Source: an uncultured archaeon (GTDB lineage: Archaea > Altiarchaeota > Altiarchaeia > IMC4 > QMZM01). Taken from it: 64,000 bases of DNA. A model generated the notes under the pieces. That model worked only from the letters and a program-made list of their open reading frames with translations, was not told the DNA's origin and searched no databases. Location of the stretch: contig CAZJVE010000006.1 in NCBI GenBank assembly GCA_964549685.1, positions 108 to 64,107 on the forward strand, written 5' to 3'. This document shows, in pieces, positions 47,655 through 58,939 of the stretch (within the stretch, counting starts at the first letter, position 1; each line of letters opens with the position of its first letter). The position numbers were made by a program, and so were the translations under genes.

Positions 47655-49253
47655 TTAATCGGCAGCCAGAAAGTTTTTGCCCCTCTTGTTTTTGTGATAT
47701 GCTCTAGAAAACCGGTGTGCTTCATCCCTTATTTCGCGAAGTAGCAGCAGAGCCGGGTCGTTTTTTTCAAGCTTCAGCGGACTGTTTTTTCCTGGCACAT
47801 ATATTTCTTCATCTCTTTTTGCAAGCGCCAGTGTAAAGACATCAGAGGGGATATGCCTGATGCAGGAATTCAGCTGGGCTAGTCCCCCGTCAAGAAGTAT
47901 CAGACCTGGCTTTTCCCACTCCGGGTGTTTGAACCTTCTTTTTATCATCTGGGCCATGTTGCCCGGGTCGTCCTGGACTGCACCCTCTATTGCGAATCTC
48001 CTGTACTGGCTCTTGTCAGCCTTGCCGTGGGTAAAAACTACCATGCCCCCTACAGTATGTTTTCCTCCGATGTTGCTTATGTCATAGCCCTCAATCCGAG
48101 TTGGTTTCTTGCGAAGACCCAGCGCCTTTTTCAGCGCCTCGGCCCTGCCTGCCACCTCATTTTCAAGTTTCTCTTGTTTGAGCTGATGGATGCTGTTTTG
48201 AAGAGCCATCTCGACCAGTTTTCTTTTCTGTCCACGGCGCGCAAAGAGAATTTTCACACTGGCGCCTGCAATATCAGACAGTGTCCTTTCAAGAAGCATT
48301 CTGTCATCAGGCTCACACGAGGTTACAATCAGCTTGGGTGTCAGGTCCCCCATACTATAATGCTGCTTGATGAATGCCTTCATGGACTGGTCGGGTTGGG
48401 TGCAGTACTCGCCCTTCAAAGGGTAGTGAAGGAGCGCAACGACCTTGTGGTTTCTTACCTTCAGTAGCGTGATATTTGCCTTACCGTCAAGTTGTGCATA
48501 GCCTAGAACGTCCATGTCCGGAAGTTTTGAAGATGAAACGTCTTGAATGCGCGAGATTGAGTCAACAGAGTCCAGAATCGACTTCAAATCATTTGCCTTT
48601 TCATATTCTCTGGTTTCACTTAGCCTTTTTATATCCTTGAGTAGGTCCTTCTTGATCTTTTCGTATTCTCTTGACAGGAACTCGCATGCCTTGAGAACCC
48701 GCTTTGAATACTGCTTTTTATCCATGACTAGTTTGGGGGCCGCGCACTTGCCCATGCTGTATCTGATGCAGGGTCTTTTGAGTTTATCCAGGTCATGTTT
48801 GCAGTTTCTAACGCCGAATAATTCCCCTATCACGTTAACGAGCTTTCGAACCGATTTGACGTCTGTATATGGGCCAAAATACCTCGATCCATCGGGTTCA
48901 ACCCGGCGCACGACATCAATTCTTGGATACTTGTCCCTCACCGTTATCTTCAGATAGGGGTAGCGTTTGTCGTCTCGCAAAAGCACGTTGTATCTTGGTT
49001 GATTCTGCTTTACTAGGGCATCCTCAAGAATCAGGGCCTCGGTATCGGTCTTTGTAAGTATTGTTTCCAGGTTGTGGGATTTCTCAACGAGCCTTATAGT
49101 CTTCGCATCGGCTGGATTCAGGTAGTTCCTCAGGCGGTTCCTCAGATTCTCGGCCTTCCCGATATAGAGAATTTTGCCTGAATTGGTTTTCCACAGATAC
49201 ACGCCCGGCTTTTTGGGGGCATTGCCTATTGCCCGTCGAATGGATTCTTTCAT
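47655..49253 (-). CDS. uvrC: Excinuclease ABC subunit C (no C-terminal HhH)
   Basis: GIY-YIG (PGVY...YIGKA), Cys cluster, IEGYDISN, LDGG and RDEAHRF motifs. Confidence 0.95.
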   Translation of the reverse strand: MKESIRRAIGNAPKKPGVYLWKTNSGKILYIGKAENLRNRLRNYLNPADAKTIRLVEKSHNLETILTKTDTEALILEDALVKQNQPRYNVLLRDDKRYPYLKITVRDKYPRIDVVRRVEPDGSRYFGPYTDVKSVRKLVNVIGELFGVRNCKHDLDKLKRPCIRYSMGKCAAPKLVMDKKQYSKRVLKACEFLSREYEKIKKDLLKDIKRLSETREYEKANDLKSILDSVDSISRIQDVSSSKLPDMDVLGYAQLDGKANITLLKVRNHKVVALLHYPLKGEYCTQPDQSMKAFIKQHYSMGDLTPKLIVTSCEPDDRMLLERTLSDIAGASVKILFARRGQKRKLVEMALQNSIHQLKQEKLENEVAGRAEALKKALGLRKKPTRIEGYDISNIGGKHTVGGMVVFTHGKADKSQYRRFAIEGAVQDDPGNMAQMIKRRFKHPEWEKPGLILLDGGLAQLNSCIRHIPSDVFTLALAKRDEEIYVPGKNSPLKLEKNDPALLLLREIRDEAHRFSRAYHKNKRGKNFLAAD

Positions 49254-49254
49254 G

Positions 49255-52071
49255 TTACAGCATCTTCTTCAGGAACCTGCCGGTGAAACTGGACCTGACT
49301 TTCGAGACCTCTTCCGGGCTGCCTGTTGCAACAACCTGGCCCCCCGCGTCTCCGCCTTCAGGGCCAAGGTCAATGATATGGTCTGCTGTTTTGACTACGT
49401 CGAGATTGTGCTCAATAATTATGACCGTGTTGCCCTTGTCAACAAGGCGGTTCAATACCTCGACAAGCTTCTTCACATCGTGTGTATGAAGACCGGTTGT
49501 TGGCTCATCAAGTAGATAGACCGTCTTGCCTGTGCTTATCTTGGAAAGCTCAAGCGTCAGCTTTATCCTCTGGGCCTCCCCGCCCGATAGCGTTGTCGCA
49601 GACTGTCCCAGTTTGATGTAACCCAGACCAACATCAGTTAGAAGGGCCAGCTTCCTTTGAATCTTCGGGATATTCTCAAAGAATTCGAGAGCCTCCACAA
49701 CAGTCATATCCAAGACGTCGGCGATGCTCCTGCCCTTGTACTTCACCTCAAGTGTTTGCGGATTATATCTTTTACCTGCACATTCACTGCAGGTTATGTA
49801 GACGTCAGGTAGGAAATTCATCTCTATCTTTATGATGCCGTCCCCGTCGCACTTTTCGCACCTTCCACCTGGCACGTTGAAGCTGAACCTGCCCTTCTGA
49901 TATCCCCTGACCCTTGACTCGTGAAGCTGGCTGTACAGTTCCCTGATGGGGGTGAATAGCTGGGTGTAGGTTGCGGGATTGCTTCTAGGAGTTCGCCCTA
50001 TGGGGGATTGGTCTATCACAACGACCTTGTCTACGTGTTCAAGACCCTCAATCCTTTTGTGCTTTCCGGGTTTTTCCCTGCTGCCATAGAAGTGCCTCAT
50101 CAGCGCCTTGGCAAGCGTATCGTTTATCAGCGTGCTTTTACCAGAGCCTGAAACGCCTGTAACGCAAATGGACACGCCCAGTGGGAATTCGACATCGATA
50201 TTTTTCAGATTATGTTGTGAGGCAGCGAAAACCTTGATTTTTTTGCCGTTGCCCTTTCGCCTAACACCTGGAACATGGATGCTGCGTACCCCAGTTAGAT
50301 AGCTTCCTGTGATTGATTTCTTGTTTTTGGTTATCTCCTTCGGCGTTCCCTCAGCCACGAGGCGCCCTCCTTCAATGCCTGCACCGGGTCCCAAATCTAT
50401 GACATGGTCTGCAGCCCTTATTGTATCCAGGTCGTGCTCGACCACTATGACTGTGTTGCCCAAATCCCTGAGGCTCTTCAGGGTATCAAGAAGACGCCTG
50501 TTGTCTCTCTGGTGCAGGCCAATGGATGGCTCATCTAGGATATACATGACGCCAACCAACTGGCTTCCTATCTGGGTTGCAAGACGAATTCGCTGGCTTT
50601 CACCGCCTGAAAGCGTCGAGGACGTGCGGTCAAGGGTCAGGTATTCAAGCCCAACGTCCTTGAGGAAACGAAGCCGCTTCATAATCTCCTTCAAAATCTG
50701 TTTGGCTATGTGCTTCTCCTGTGCGCTGAACCTAGTCTTGGCAAAGAATTTAAGGGCATCACTAACAGAAAGCTTGGTCAAGTCTGCTATGTTTTTTCTT
50801 CCAACCGTAACGGCCAGCACCTCTGGCTTAAGCCTTTTACCCTGGCAATCGCCACAGAGTATGGTGCTCATGAAGCCCTGAATCCAGTCACGCATGCGCT
50901 CACTTTTGGTACCCTTGTGCCTTCGCTCAAGGTTTGGTATAATCCCCTCCCATGTACCCTGGTACTCCCACCTGCCAACCCCGTCTCTTGCCAGGTGCTT
51001 GAAGTGAAAGGTTCTTGAGCCAGCGCCATATAGCAGCGCATTAACAGCTTCAGGAGACCACTTCGATATGGGTTTTGCCACATCAAAGCCCATCTCATGA
51101 GCCACTATTTTGAAAGAGCGCTTGTAGAAGGTATCCATAGACCTGCTCCATACAGCAACCGCACCATCGTCTATCGTTTTGGATGTGTCAGGTATTATGA
51201 GGTCCGGGTCGAACTCAAGCCTCACGCCCAGGCCCTGGCATGTAGGGCAGGCTCCATGGGGGCTGTTGAAGCTGAACATCCTCGGCTGAAGCTCCTCAAG
51301 AGAGATTCCGCAGTCGGGGCACCCAAGCTGCTGGGAGTAGAGTATGTTCTTGCCGGCTGCGAGATCAACCTCCACCAGGCCCTTGGACAGCTGAAGGGCA
51401 CTCTCGACGTCCTCCAGAATCCTCTGGCGGTTCTCGGGCTTCAATTTGACCTCATCAATGATAATGCTTATCGAATGCTTCACGTATTTTGGCAAACGGA
51501 TTTCATCCTCCAGGCTCATGCGCTCACCATCAACAACAGCCTCAGAGTATCCGTCCTCGAAGAATTCCTTCAACTGCGTATGGTATTCTCCTTTGCGGTC
51601 CCTGATGACAGGAGACATTACTGTGGCCTTCTTGGACTTGAGACGCAAAATCTGGTCGGTTATCTCGTTTTTTGATTGTATGGTAATCTTCTTGCCGCAC
51701 TCATGACAGTGAGGCACACCGACCCTAGCATACAAAAGCCTTAGGTAATCATAGATTTCAGTGACGGTGCCTACAGTGCTTCTGGGATTCTTGCTGGTGG
51801 CCTTCTGCTCGATGCTCACAGCAGGGGAGATGCCCTCGATGTATTCCACATCGGGTTTTTCCATCAGCCCAAGAAACTGCCGGGCATAAGCTGAAAGGGA
51901 CTCCACGTACCTTCTTTGGCCTTCCGCGTATAAAGTGTCAAATGCAAGCGACGACTTTCCGCTTCCCGATAACCCGGTCACGACCACGAGCTTGTCTCTT
52001 GGAATCTGGACGTCGATGTTTTTTAGGTTGTGCTCCCTTGCACCCTTCACAAAGATAAACTCAGAGCCCAT
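49255..52071 (-). CDS. uvrA: Excinuclease ABC subunit A
   Basis: GAREHNLKN; two Walker A motifs ([16 protein letters not shown]); Zn fingers; LSGGE signatures. Confidence 0.98.
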   Translation of the reverse strand: MGSEFIFVKGAREHNLKNIDVQIPRDKLVVVTGLSGSGKSSLAFDTLYAEGQRRYVESLSAYARQFLGLMEKPDVEYIEGISPAVSIEQKATSKNPRSTVGTVTEIYDYLRLLYARVGVPHCHECGKKITIQSKNEITDQILRLKSKKATVMSPVIRDRKGEYHTQLKEFFEDGYSEAVVDGERMSLEDEIRLPKYVKHSISIIIDEVKLKPENRQRILEDVESALQLSKGLVEVDLAAGKNILYSQQLGCPDCGISLEELQPRMFSFNSPHGACPTCQGLGVRLEFDPDLIIPDTSKTIDDGAVAVWSRSMDTFYKRSFKIVAHEMGFDVAKPISKWSPEAVNALLYGAGSRTFHFKHLARDGVGRWEYQGTWEGIIPNLERRHKGTKSERMRDWIQGFMSTILCGDCQGKRLKPEVLAVTVGRKNIADLTKLSVSDALKFFAKTRFSAQEKHIAKQILKEIMKRLRFLKDVGLEYLTLDRTSSTLSGGESQRIRLATQIGSQLVGVMYILDEPSIGLHQRDNRRLLDTLKSLRDLGNTVIVVEHDLDTIRAADHVIDLGPGAGIEGGRLVAEGTPKEITKNKKSITGSYLTGVRSIHVPGVRRKGNGKKIKVFAASQHNLKNIDVEFPLGVSICVTGVSGSGKSTLINDTLAKALMRHFYGSREKPGKHKRIEGLEHVDKVVVIDQSPIGRTPRSNPATYTQLFTPIRELYSQLHESRVRGYQKGRFSFNVPGGRCEKCDGDGIIKIEMNFLPDVYITCSECAGKRYNPQTLEVKYKGRSIADVLDMTVVEALEFFENIPKIQRKLALLTDVGLGYIKLGQSATTLSGGEAQRIKLTLELSKISTGKTVYLLDEPTTGLHTHDVKKLVEVLNRLVDKGNTVIIIEHNLDVVKTADHIIDLGPEGGDAGGQVVATGSPEEVSKVRSSFTGRFLKKML

Positions 52072-53992
52072 CTTCTTTCGCCTCTAGCATTTTCCTAAAT
52101 TTTATCGCCTGCTCGAAATCCATGCGGTCTGCAGCCTCCTTCATCAGGCGCTCAATCTCATGCTCTGGCATTTCAAGGTAAACCTCTTCATTAACGTTAT
52201 GTTCATCTTCCTTGACAATCCTTTCATGGATTTTTTTCTTGATTGTCTTGGGTGTGATACCGTGCTTTGCGTTGTAGTCAAGCTGAAGCTTTCTTCTTCT
52301 TTCGGTCTCTTTAAGGGCTCTCTTCATGCTGGTGGTTATCTTGTCGGCATAAAGTATCACCTGGGCGTCCACGTTCCTGGAGCATCTTCCAATGGTCTGG
52401 ATAAGGCTTGTACCAGAGCGCAGGAAACCCTCCTGGTCGGCATCCATTATCGCAACGAGGGAGACCTCTGGAAGGTCAAGTCCCTCACGAAGAAGGTTAA
52501 CGCCAACGACCACGTCAATAGACCCCTTGCGAAGCTCCCGCAGTATATCCATCCTGCCAAGAGTGTCTATCTCGCTGTGAAGGTATTTGACCTTGAATCC
52601 CTTTTTTGTAAGATAGTCAGCCATATCCTCACTCATCCTTTTTGTCAGGGTCGTTGCCAGGGCCCGCTGCCCTGCCTCGATACGTTTTTGAAGCTCATTC
52701 ATGAAGTCCTCGACTTGCCCTGTTGCAGCGCGTACCTCTACCTCAGGGTCCACAAGGCCTGTTGGACGGATTATCTGCTCCACAATCTGCTTGGATTTTT
52801 TTCTTTCAAATTCAGAGGGCGTAGCAGATATGTATACGACCTGGTTTAGGTGTTTTTCGAATTCAGGGTATGTCAGGGGCCGGTTATCTTTTGCCGAAGG
52901 TAGCCTAAAACCGTAGTCTATTAGTGTTTCTTTCCTGCTCCGATCCCCTGCGTACATGCCACCCACCTGCGGTACGGCTATATGGGATTCATCTATGAAG
53001 CAAAGCCAGTCGTGGGGGAAGAAATCCAAGAGTGTATTGGGCGGTTCACCAGAGGTCCTGCCCTCAAGATGCCGGCTGTAGTTTTCGATTCCCTTGCAAT
53101 ATCCCAGCTCCTCAATAAGCTCGATGTCGTAGCTTGTGCGCTGCTTTAACCGGTTGGCTTCAACGAGACTTCCAGCTGATTCAAGTTCTGCAACCCGCCC
53201 TGAAAGCTCTTCGCTTATCCTATCAAGCGCCTTGCGTTTTTTGCTATCTGAGATTAGATAGTGAACAGCGGGATGAATCCTAAGCTGCGTAAGCTCTTGA
53301 AGCGTTTTCTTGGTCACCGCATGGATTTGTTTCAGTGACTCGATTCCTTCATCAGCTTTTATCCGATACATGTGCTCACTGTATGGAGGATATATTTCAA
53401 TATTTGGCCCACGGACCTTGAATCTGCCCTCATAAAGTGCGCTATCGTTTCTTTCATAATGCATGTCAACGAGTGTTCGAATTAATTCGTCCCTTGAAAA
53501 ATCCATGCCCACCTCAAGGTGCAGGGTGCTTTTGCGGTACTCGTCAGGGCTTCCAAGGCCATATATTGCAGAGACTGTGGATACAACCAGTACGTCGTTT
53601 CTGTCCAGCAGGCTTGAGGTCGCCCTGTGGCGCAGTTTCTCTATCTCGGAATTTATGCTCGCATCCTTTTCGATGTAGGTATCTGATGTTGGCAGATACG
53701 CCTCGGGCTGGTAGTAATCGTAATAGCTCACGAAATACTCAACGGCATTTTCCGGGAAGAACTCCCTGAACTCGCTGTAAAGCTGTGCTGCCAGGGTTTT
53801 GTTGGGAGACAGTACCAGAGTCGGTTTTTGGACCTTGGCAACAACATTTGCCACAGTGTATGTTTTACCGCTTCCGGTTACCCCCAACAGTGTCTGGTGC
53901 TCTAATCCCTTCTCAAGCCCGCTAACCAGTTTGCTTATAGCTTCCGGCTGGCTTCCTGACGGTTTAAAGTCACTGACAAGTTTAAATTTCAT
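52061..53992 (-). CDS. uvrB: Excinuclease ABC subunit B
   Basis: [22 protein letters not shown] and [12 protein letters not shown] motifs. Confidence 0.98.
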   Translation of the reverse strand: MKFKLVSDFKPSGSQPEAISKLVSGLEKGLEHQTLLGVTGSGKTYTVANVVAKVQKPTLVLSPNKTLAAQLYSEFREFFPENAVEYFVSYYDYYQPEAYLPTSDTYIEKDASINSEIEKLRHRATSSLLDRNDVLVVSTVSAIYGLGSPDEYRKSTLHLEVGMDFSRDELIRTLVDMHYERNDSALYEGRFKVRGPNIEIYPPYSEHMYRIKADEGIESLKQIHAVTKKTLQELTQLRIHPAVHYLISDSKKRKALDRISEELSGRVAELESAGSLVEANRLKQRTSYDIELIEELGYCKGIENYSRHLEGRTSGEPPNTLLDFFPHDWLCFIDESHIAVPQVGGMYAGDRSRKETLIDYGFRLPSAKDNRPLTYPEFEKHLNQVVYISATPSEFERKKSKQIVEQIIRPTGLVDPEVEVRAATGQVEDFMNELQKRIEAGQRALATTLTKRMSEDMADYLTKKGFKVKYLHSEIDTLGRMDILRELRKGSIDVVVGVNLLREGLDLPEVSLVAIMDADQEGFLRSGTSLIQTIGRCSRNVDAQVILYADKITTSMKRALKETERRRKLQLDYNAKHGITPKTIKKKIHERIVKEDEHNVNEEVYLEMPEHEIERLMKEAADRMDFEQAIKFRKMLEAKEDGL

Positions 53993-54022
53993 AACGAATA
54001 TGATGCTATAAAAACAGTCTCA

Positions 54023-54718
54023 CTAAATTTTCGATTTATTTATCAGTTCCATGACGTTAAATACCTCCTCAAGCTCCACGTCGGTTCCAACGCAGCCCGA
54101 GTTGAGAAGGAGGGTCCCCTGGCACGGGATTCCTTTGTTTGAGACCTCGAGGAGGCCCATGTTTATCTCGTAGGGGCAGCCTATGCCGATGACTCCCGCC
54201 GGTTTGAATTTTTTTATTATTCGCTTTACGAAACCCCCTCCGGGGGCTATGTAGGTTCCCTTGTAGCCGAGCTCGCTGGCTTTCTCAGCAATCTTGAATA
54301 TTTTGCATTTCTTGCAGCCCAGGCACTGCGCTCCTGCCTCGGAGCTGAACGATATCTTGCAGTCGATGTCCCTGAGGCATTGCGGCGCTATTACTATCCT
54401 GTCGCGATATGGGATATTGGAGAATTCCTTCCTCAAGAGGATGTTCCTTGTCTCTGAGGCTGCATGGTCTATCATGAGATCATCGCCTCCAAAGAACGAG
54501 ACGATTCTCTTTGCAGGGATGTAGAGGGAGTCAAGGATGAGGAGCAGGATTCTCAGGAACATGGAGCTTATCCCGTGTAGGGTTTCAGAAAAACCCTTCT
54601 TCTTGAAGATTATGTAGGCCAGAATGAGGCCCATGATTAGCGCTAAAACGAGAAGGACGATTGCTGCAAGCGAGAAAAGACCTATATCCGCAAGAATCTC
54701 CTGGCTCATGAATTCCAT
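54023..54718 (-). CDS. DUF116-family protein
   Basis: N-terminal TM; PQCLR..C, C..C..C, PGG, GIGC and GC..T.V motifs. Confidence 0.85.
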   Translation of the reverse strand: MEFMSQEILADIGLFSLAAIVLLVLALIMGLILAYIIFKKKGFSETLHGISSMFLRILLLILDSLYIPAKRIVSFFGGDDLMIDHAASETRNILLRKEFSNIPYRDRIVIAPQCLRDIDCKISFSSEAGAQCLGCKKCKIFKIAEKASELGYKGTYIAPGGGFVKRIIKKFKPAGVIGIGCPYEINMGLLEVSNKGIPCQGTLLLNSGCVGTDVELEEVFNVMELINKSKI

Positions 54719-54719
54719 T

Positions 54720-55853
54720 TTATGCTAGGGTTGCCTTTATCCTCTCCAGGGCCATGTCAATTTCATCCAGTGAAACTGCGCCGTAGCTTATTCTTACGCA
54801 GCCTTTGCCCTGGGAGCCAAAGGGACTTCCGGGGATTATGCCGACGCCGTTGCTGAGGAGCTTGTCCGCCAGGGTGAGGTCGTCTATGTCGCCAAGGTGC
54901 GGAAAGAGGTAGAATGCCCCAGCCGGGTTTACCTTTGTGTCAATAATCTCGTTCAGGCCCTTCATGAATTTGGCTCTTCTTTCCTTCAGTTCAGTTACCA
55001 TGCGGTCCCTTTCCTCGGCGACCTCTTCCTTGAATGCTGCGAGGGCGGCATACTGCACAAAGGAGGTGGCGCAGGAGACTGTCTGGGACTGGATGAGATT
55101 GAGTTTGTCTATTAGGTTCTGGTCAGGGCATGCGCAGTAGCCGAGGCGCCAGCCGGTCATGGAGAACTCCTTGGAGAAGCCGTTTGCCGTTATTGTCTTG
55201 GGGTAGATGCTTCCGGCAGAGAAGTGCTCTCCTTCGTAGATGATTTTTTCGTAGATTTCATCTGAGAGAAGCCAGCAGTCCTTTCGCTCGGCTATGTCAA
55301 CGATTTTTCGTATTGTCTTTTCAGGGTAGACCGCCCCGGTTGGATTGCTGGGGGAGTTGAGCATGATGAGCTTCGGACTGGAGTTCTCCAGCGCCGATAG
55401 GAATTCTTCATCCGGGATGAATTCGTTTTCGGGCTTAAGGGGGAGCCATGCTATTTCTCCCTCAGCAAGATTCACTATCTGCTCGTAGCTGACCCAGGAG
55501 GGGTTCGGGATTGCGACTGAATCTCCCTTGCCGATGAGCGCCATTATTATCTCGAAGATTATCTGCTTTCCTCCTGCAGAGACCATGATTTTGTCGGCGT
55601 CCAGGCCCTGGATTCCGTTCTCGCGCTTTAGCTTCTTTGCCAGCATCTCCCTGAGCTCGGAGATTCCCCTGGTAGGGGTGTAGTGGACCCTGCCGTTCTC
55701 GAGGGCGCTGACTGCTGCCTTTGTTATCAGGCGCGGGGTCGTGAAGTTGGTTCTCCCTATTGTCAGGTTTATTATCCCTTCCTTCTTCGCGAGAGAGGAA
55801 TACTTGAATGTAGCGGATTCCTCGACGTTTGAAAGGCGTGCTGCGAATTCCAT
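54720..55853 (-). CDS. Class I PLP aminotransferase (aspartate aminotransferase-like)
   Basis: NSPSNPTG, SDEIY and FSKEFSMTGWRLG motifs. Confidence 0.93.
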   Translation of the reverse strand: MEFAARLSNVEESATFKYSSLAKKEGIINLTIGRTNFTTPRLITKAAVSALENGRVHYTPTRGISELREMLAKKLKRENGIQGLDADKIMVSAGGKQIIFEIIMALIGKGDSVAIPNPSWVSYEQIVNLAEGEIAWLPLKPENEFIPDEEFLSALENSSPKLIMLNSPSNPTGAVYPEKTIRKIVDIAERKDCWLLSDEIYEKIIYEGEHFSAGSIYPKTITANGFSKEFSMTGWRLGYCACPDQNLIDKLNLIQSQTVSCATSFVQYAALAAFKEEVAEERDRMVTELKERRAKFMKGLNEIIDTKVNPAGAFYLFPHLGDIDDLTLADKLLSNGVGIIPGSPFGSQGKGCVRISYGAVSLDEIDMALERIKATLA

Positions 55854-55923
55854 CGTTTATTACTTTAGAATCGGAATTTAATATTCACCCAACTTAAAGA
55901 TTGGTTGTGAATTCATCGGATAT

Positions 55924-55996
55924 GGCCGGGATAGGGTAGCGGTTATCCTGCGAGACTGTGGATCTTGCGACTCGAGTTCAAATCTCGGTCCCGGCC
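55924..55996 (+). tRNA. tRNA-His (GTG), intronless, G-1 encoded
   Basis: Acceptor GCCGGGA/TCCCGGC; anticodon arm CGAGA-CTGTGGA-TCTTG; T loop TTCAAAT; discriminator C; no CCA. Confidence 0.95.
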
Positions 55997-56035
55997 CTTT
56001 CTTGATTTTTTAGGAGTCATTCTATTCTTTTTTGA

Positions 56036-57355
56036 ATGGCCAGAGATTTGACCGAGGGCGGGATAGTAAAGACCATTCTTGTGACGTCTTTGCCGATGGT
56101 ATTTGCGTTTCTTTTGCACAGTGCGTTCAATCTGGTGGATGCCTACTTTGTGGGGCAGCTGAGCGCGGAGGCCCTGGCTGCGGTAAGCGTGGGCTTTCCG
56201 GTCGTTTTCATGATGATAGCCCTTGCATCCGGTCTCGGGGTTGGAACAACCTCGTTGATTGCGAGGAAGGTTGGGGAGAAGGACATCAAGGGGGCGGGCG
56301 AGGCGGCAGAGCATGCGCTGCTGATGGCGCTCGTATTGGTTCTTTTCTTTACTGTAGCAGGGCTTCTTTCGGCTGGTTTTCTCTTTGATTTGATGGGGAT
56401 TGAGGCCGAGGTTAAGGAATTGGCTCTCGATTATATCAACATAATCCTGCTCGGGAGCGTGGCAATGTTCCTTGCGATGACTGCCAATAGCATAATCAGG
56501 GGCGAGGGTGAGATGATGTTCCCGATGGCTGTGATGGGCTTTGCCGCCATTCTTAATATGGTTCTTGACCCGCTTTTTATATTCAATCTGGGCCTGGGCG
56601 TGAGGGGGGCTGCTCTTGCCACGGTAATCTCAAGGGTTGTAGGGCTGAGCATCCTGGCCGGTTACATAATACAGGAGCGAACGTGGGTCAGGCTTAAATT
56701 CCACAGGTTCAGGTTTAATAGAAATCATGTGAAGGGCATTCTTTCGGTTGGAATTCCGCAGTCGCTCTCGAACTTCAGCATGAGCGTCGGCATATTCCTT
56801 TTGACCATAATAGTTGCAGGTTTCGGGACGGAGGCTATTGCCGCCTTCGGCATAGGGTTCAGGCTGGACAGCATAGCATTGCTTCCGGGGCTTGGCGTCA
56901 TGATGGCCGTCGTTTCGCTGGTGGGGCAGAACGTCGGGGCAGGAAGGTATGACAGGGCCGAGGAGATGACGATAAAGGCCGGGGTTATGGCGGTTGCCTT
57001 TATGAGCGCGATTGGTCTGTTCTTCTTTCTCTTCTCGGAGCAGATTGTTTCAGTGTTCAATTCCGACCCGCTTGTTATCGCCTATGGGTCGTCAATGCTG
57101 AGGATTCTTCCTCTGTCCTATCTTTTGATGGGACTTGGCATGGCAGTCTCGGGGGCCTTCATGGGCTCGGGGCATGCCAGGCCGGCCCTTGCCATAACCT
57201 TTCTGAGGGTTATCGTCCTTAGTGTTCCTCTGGCATATGTGCTGTCCAGGTCCATGGGCGTTGAGGGCATCTGGCTGGGGATTATGATATCATCGATTAT
57301 TGCATCGGTTGTAGGAATAGTGTGGTTCAGGAGAGGGACGTGGAAGAATAGGTAA
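56036..57355 (+). CDS. MATE-family efflux transporter
   Basis: DLTEG, NLVDAYFVGQL, NMVLDPLFI..G..GAALAT and GQNVGAG motifs. Confidence 0.95.
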   Translation: MARDLTEGGIVKTILVTSLPMVFAFLLHSAFNLVDAYFVGQLSAEALAAVSVGFPVVFMMIALASGLGVGTTSLIARKVGEKDIKGAGEAAEHALLMALVLVLFFTVAGLLSAGFLFDLMGIEAEVKELALDYINIILLGSVAMFLAMTANSIIRGEGEMMFPMAVMGFAAILNMVLDPLFIFNLGLGVRGAALATVISRVVGLSILAGYIIQERTWVRLKFHRFRFNRNHVKGILSVGIPQSLSNFSMSVGIFLLTIIVAGFGTEAIAAFGIGFRLDSIALLPGLGVMMAVVSLVGQNVGAGRYDRAEEMTIKAGVMAVAFMSAIGLFFFLFSEQIVSVFNSDPLVIAYGSSMLRILPLSYLLMGLGMAVSGAFMGSGHARPALAITFLRVIVLSVPLAYVLSRSMGVEGIWLGIMISSIIASVVGIVWFRRGTWKNR

Positions 57356-57384
57356 TATTTTTAGTCTTAATGGGATAATTTACT

Positions 57385-58515
57385 ATGAGAAAGATAAGGG
57401 TTGCCATAGTCGGTATCGGAAACTGCGCGAGTTCGCTGATACAGGGCATTCACTACTACAAGGATAAGAAGCCGGAGGATGCCATAGGTCTGATGCACTG
57501 GGATATTGGAGGGTATAAGCCCTGTGACATTGACATTGTTGCTGCCTTTGACATTGACAAGAGGAAGGTCGACAAGGACGTTTCCCAGGCCATCTTTGAG
57601 AAGCCCAACTGCACGGACGTGTTCTTCAAGGACGTCCCATTCATGGATGTCAGAGTCAAGATTGGCTTTTTGCTGGACGGGGTTGCAAGGCACATGCTCA
57701 ATTATCCAGAGGATAAGACGTTTCTGATTGATGAGTACATGGACGACTTCGTTTCCGATACAGAGATTGAGAAGGCGAAGGAGAGGATTGTCAAGGATTT
57801 GAAGGAGAGCAAGGCCGATATACTGCTCAGCTATCTGCCTGTGGGAAGCCAGAAGGCGACCGAGTTCTATGCCGAGTGCTGCCTCGATGCAGGGGTTGCA
57901 ATGATAAACTGTTTGCCGGTCTTTATTGCATCGGATTCACAGTGGGCCAAGAGGTTTGAGAAGAAGAAGATTCCGATTGTGGGAGATGACATTAAATCGC
58001 AGCTTGGGGCTACCATAGTCCATAGAAGCCTGGCGAGGCTGTTTGACAAGAGGGGAGTCAAGCTGGATAGAACTTATCAGCTCAATACGGGAGGGAATAC
58101 GGACTTCCTGAACATGCTTAATAGAGATAGGCTTGAGTCGAAGAAGATATCAAAGACCCAGTCGGTTCAGTCGCAGCTGGAGCATCCGCTTGACCCAGAT
58201 AACATTCATATCGGGCCATCGGACTACGTGCCATGGCAGAAAGATAATAAACTCTGCTTCCTGAGGATGGAGGGCAGGATGTTCGGCGATGTGCCGATGG
58301 ATTTGGAATTGAGGCTGAGCGTCGAGGACTCGCCAAATTCTGCCGGCTCTGCGATAGACGCGATAAGGTGCTGCAAGCTGGCGCTGGAGAGGAAGATTGG
58401 AGGCCCCTTAACATCGATTTCTGCGTATACGATGAAGCATCCCCCCAACCAGTTCACGGACGAAAAGGCGAGGGAGATGGTCGACGAGTTTATTCAGGAT
58501 AAGCGGGAAAGGTAG
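57385..58515 (+). CDS. ino1: Myo-inositol-1-phosphate synthase
   Basis: GIGNCASSL, GDDIKSQLGAT, QLNTGGNTDFLNM and DSPNSAG motifs. Confidence 0.95.
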   Translation: MRKIRVAIVGIGNCASSLIQGIHYYKDKKPEDAIGLMHWDIGGYKPCDIDIVAAFDIDKRKVDKDVSQAIFEKPNCTDVFFKDVPFMDVRVKIGFLLDGVARHMLNYPEDKTFLIDEYMDDFVSDTEIEKAKERIVKDLKESKADILLSYLPVGSQKATEFYAECCLDAGVAMINCLPVFIASDSQWAKRFEKKKIPIVGDDIKSQLGATIVHRSLARLFDKRGVKLDRTYQLNTGGNTDFLNMLNRDRLESKKISKTQSVQSQLEHPLDPDNIHIGPSDYVPWQKDNKLCFLRMEGRMFGDVPMDLELRLSVEDSPNSAGSAIDAIRCCKLALERKIGGPLTSISAYTMKHPPNQFTDEKAREMVDEFIQDKRER

Positions 58516-58902
58516 TCAGTCAATAAGCCTTTTCTCGCCCTCTATTTTCTGGATTTCGGTAATGTCCTGGGTCACCTCAAGGCAGCCCAGATACTCTCCC
58601 TTGGAGTCCCTTACAGCAAAATACCGTATGTAGATTCTTCTTCCGCCGGGGTTTATCCAGAATTCCGCGGAATCTCTCTTGTTGTTCTTGAAGTCCGTCA
58701 GGATTTGAGTGACCTTGTGGAGGCTCTTCTCAGGGTGGCATTTCTGGACGGGCATTCCAATGACCGACCTTGAGCGGGGGAAGATTCTGTCACCGTTCTT
58801 GTTGAAATACCTGACCAGGTCGTCCTTGTCGACGAATGAGATTTCGACAGGCAGCGAGTTCAGCACGGCTTCCAGGGTTTCGTCAGGGATGTTTTCTATC
58901 AT
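58516..58902 (-). CDS. Stand-alone PAS-domain protein (PAS_10-like)
   Basis: LPVEISFVDKDD.VRYFN, CHPEKS and GEYLGCLEVTQDIT motifs. Confidence 0.88.
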   Translation of the reverse strand: MIENIPDETLEAVLNSLPVEISFVDKDDLVRYFNKNGDRIFPRSRSVIGMPVQKCHPEKSLHKVTQILTDFKNNKRDSAEFWINPGGRRIYIRYFAVRDSKGEYLGCLEVTQDITEIQKIEGEKRLID

Positions 58903-58939
58903 CTTGCATAAATTTATTGCTTACACGCATATAAGTAAG

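Noticed and set aside
58709-58939. N-terminal extension of PabB in the ORF track
   Set aside because: It is the antisense of the PAS gene; ATG 58940 gives a normal-length protein.
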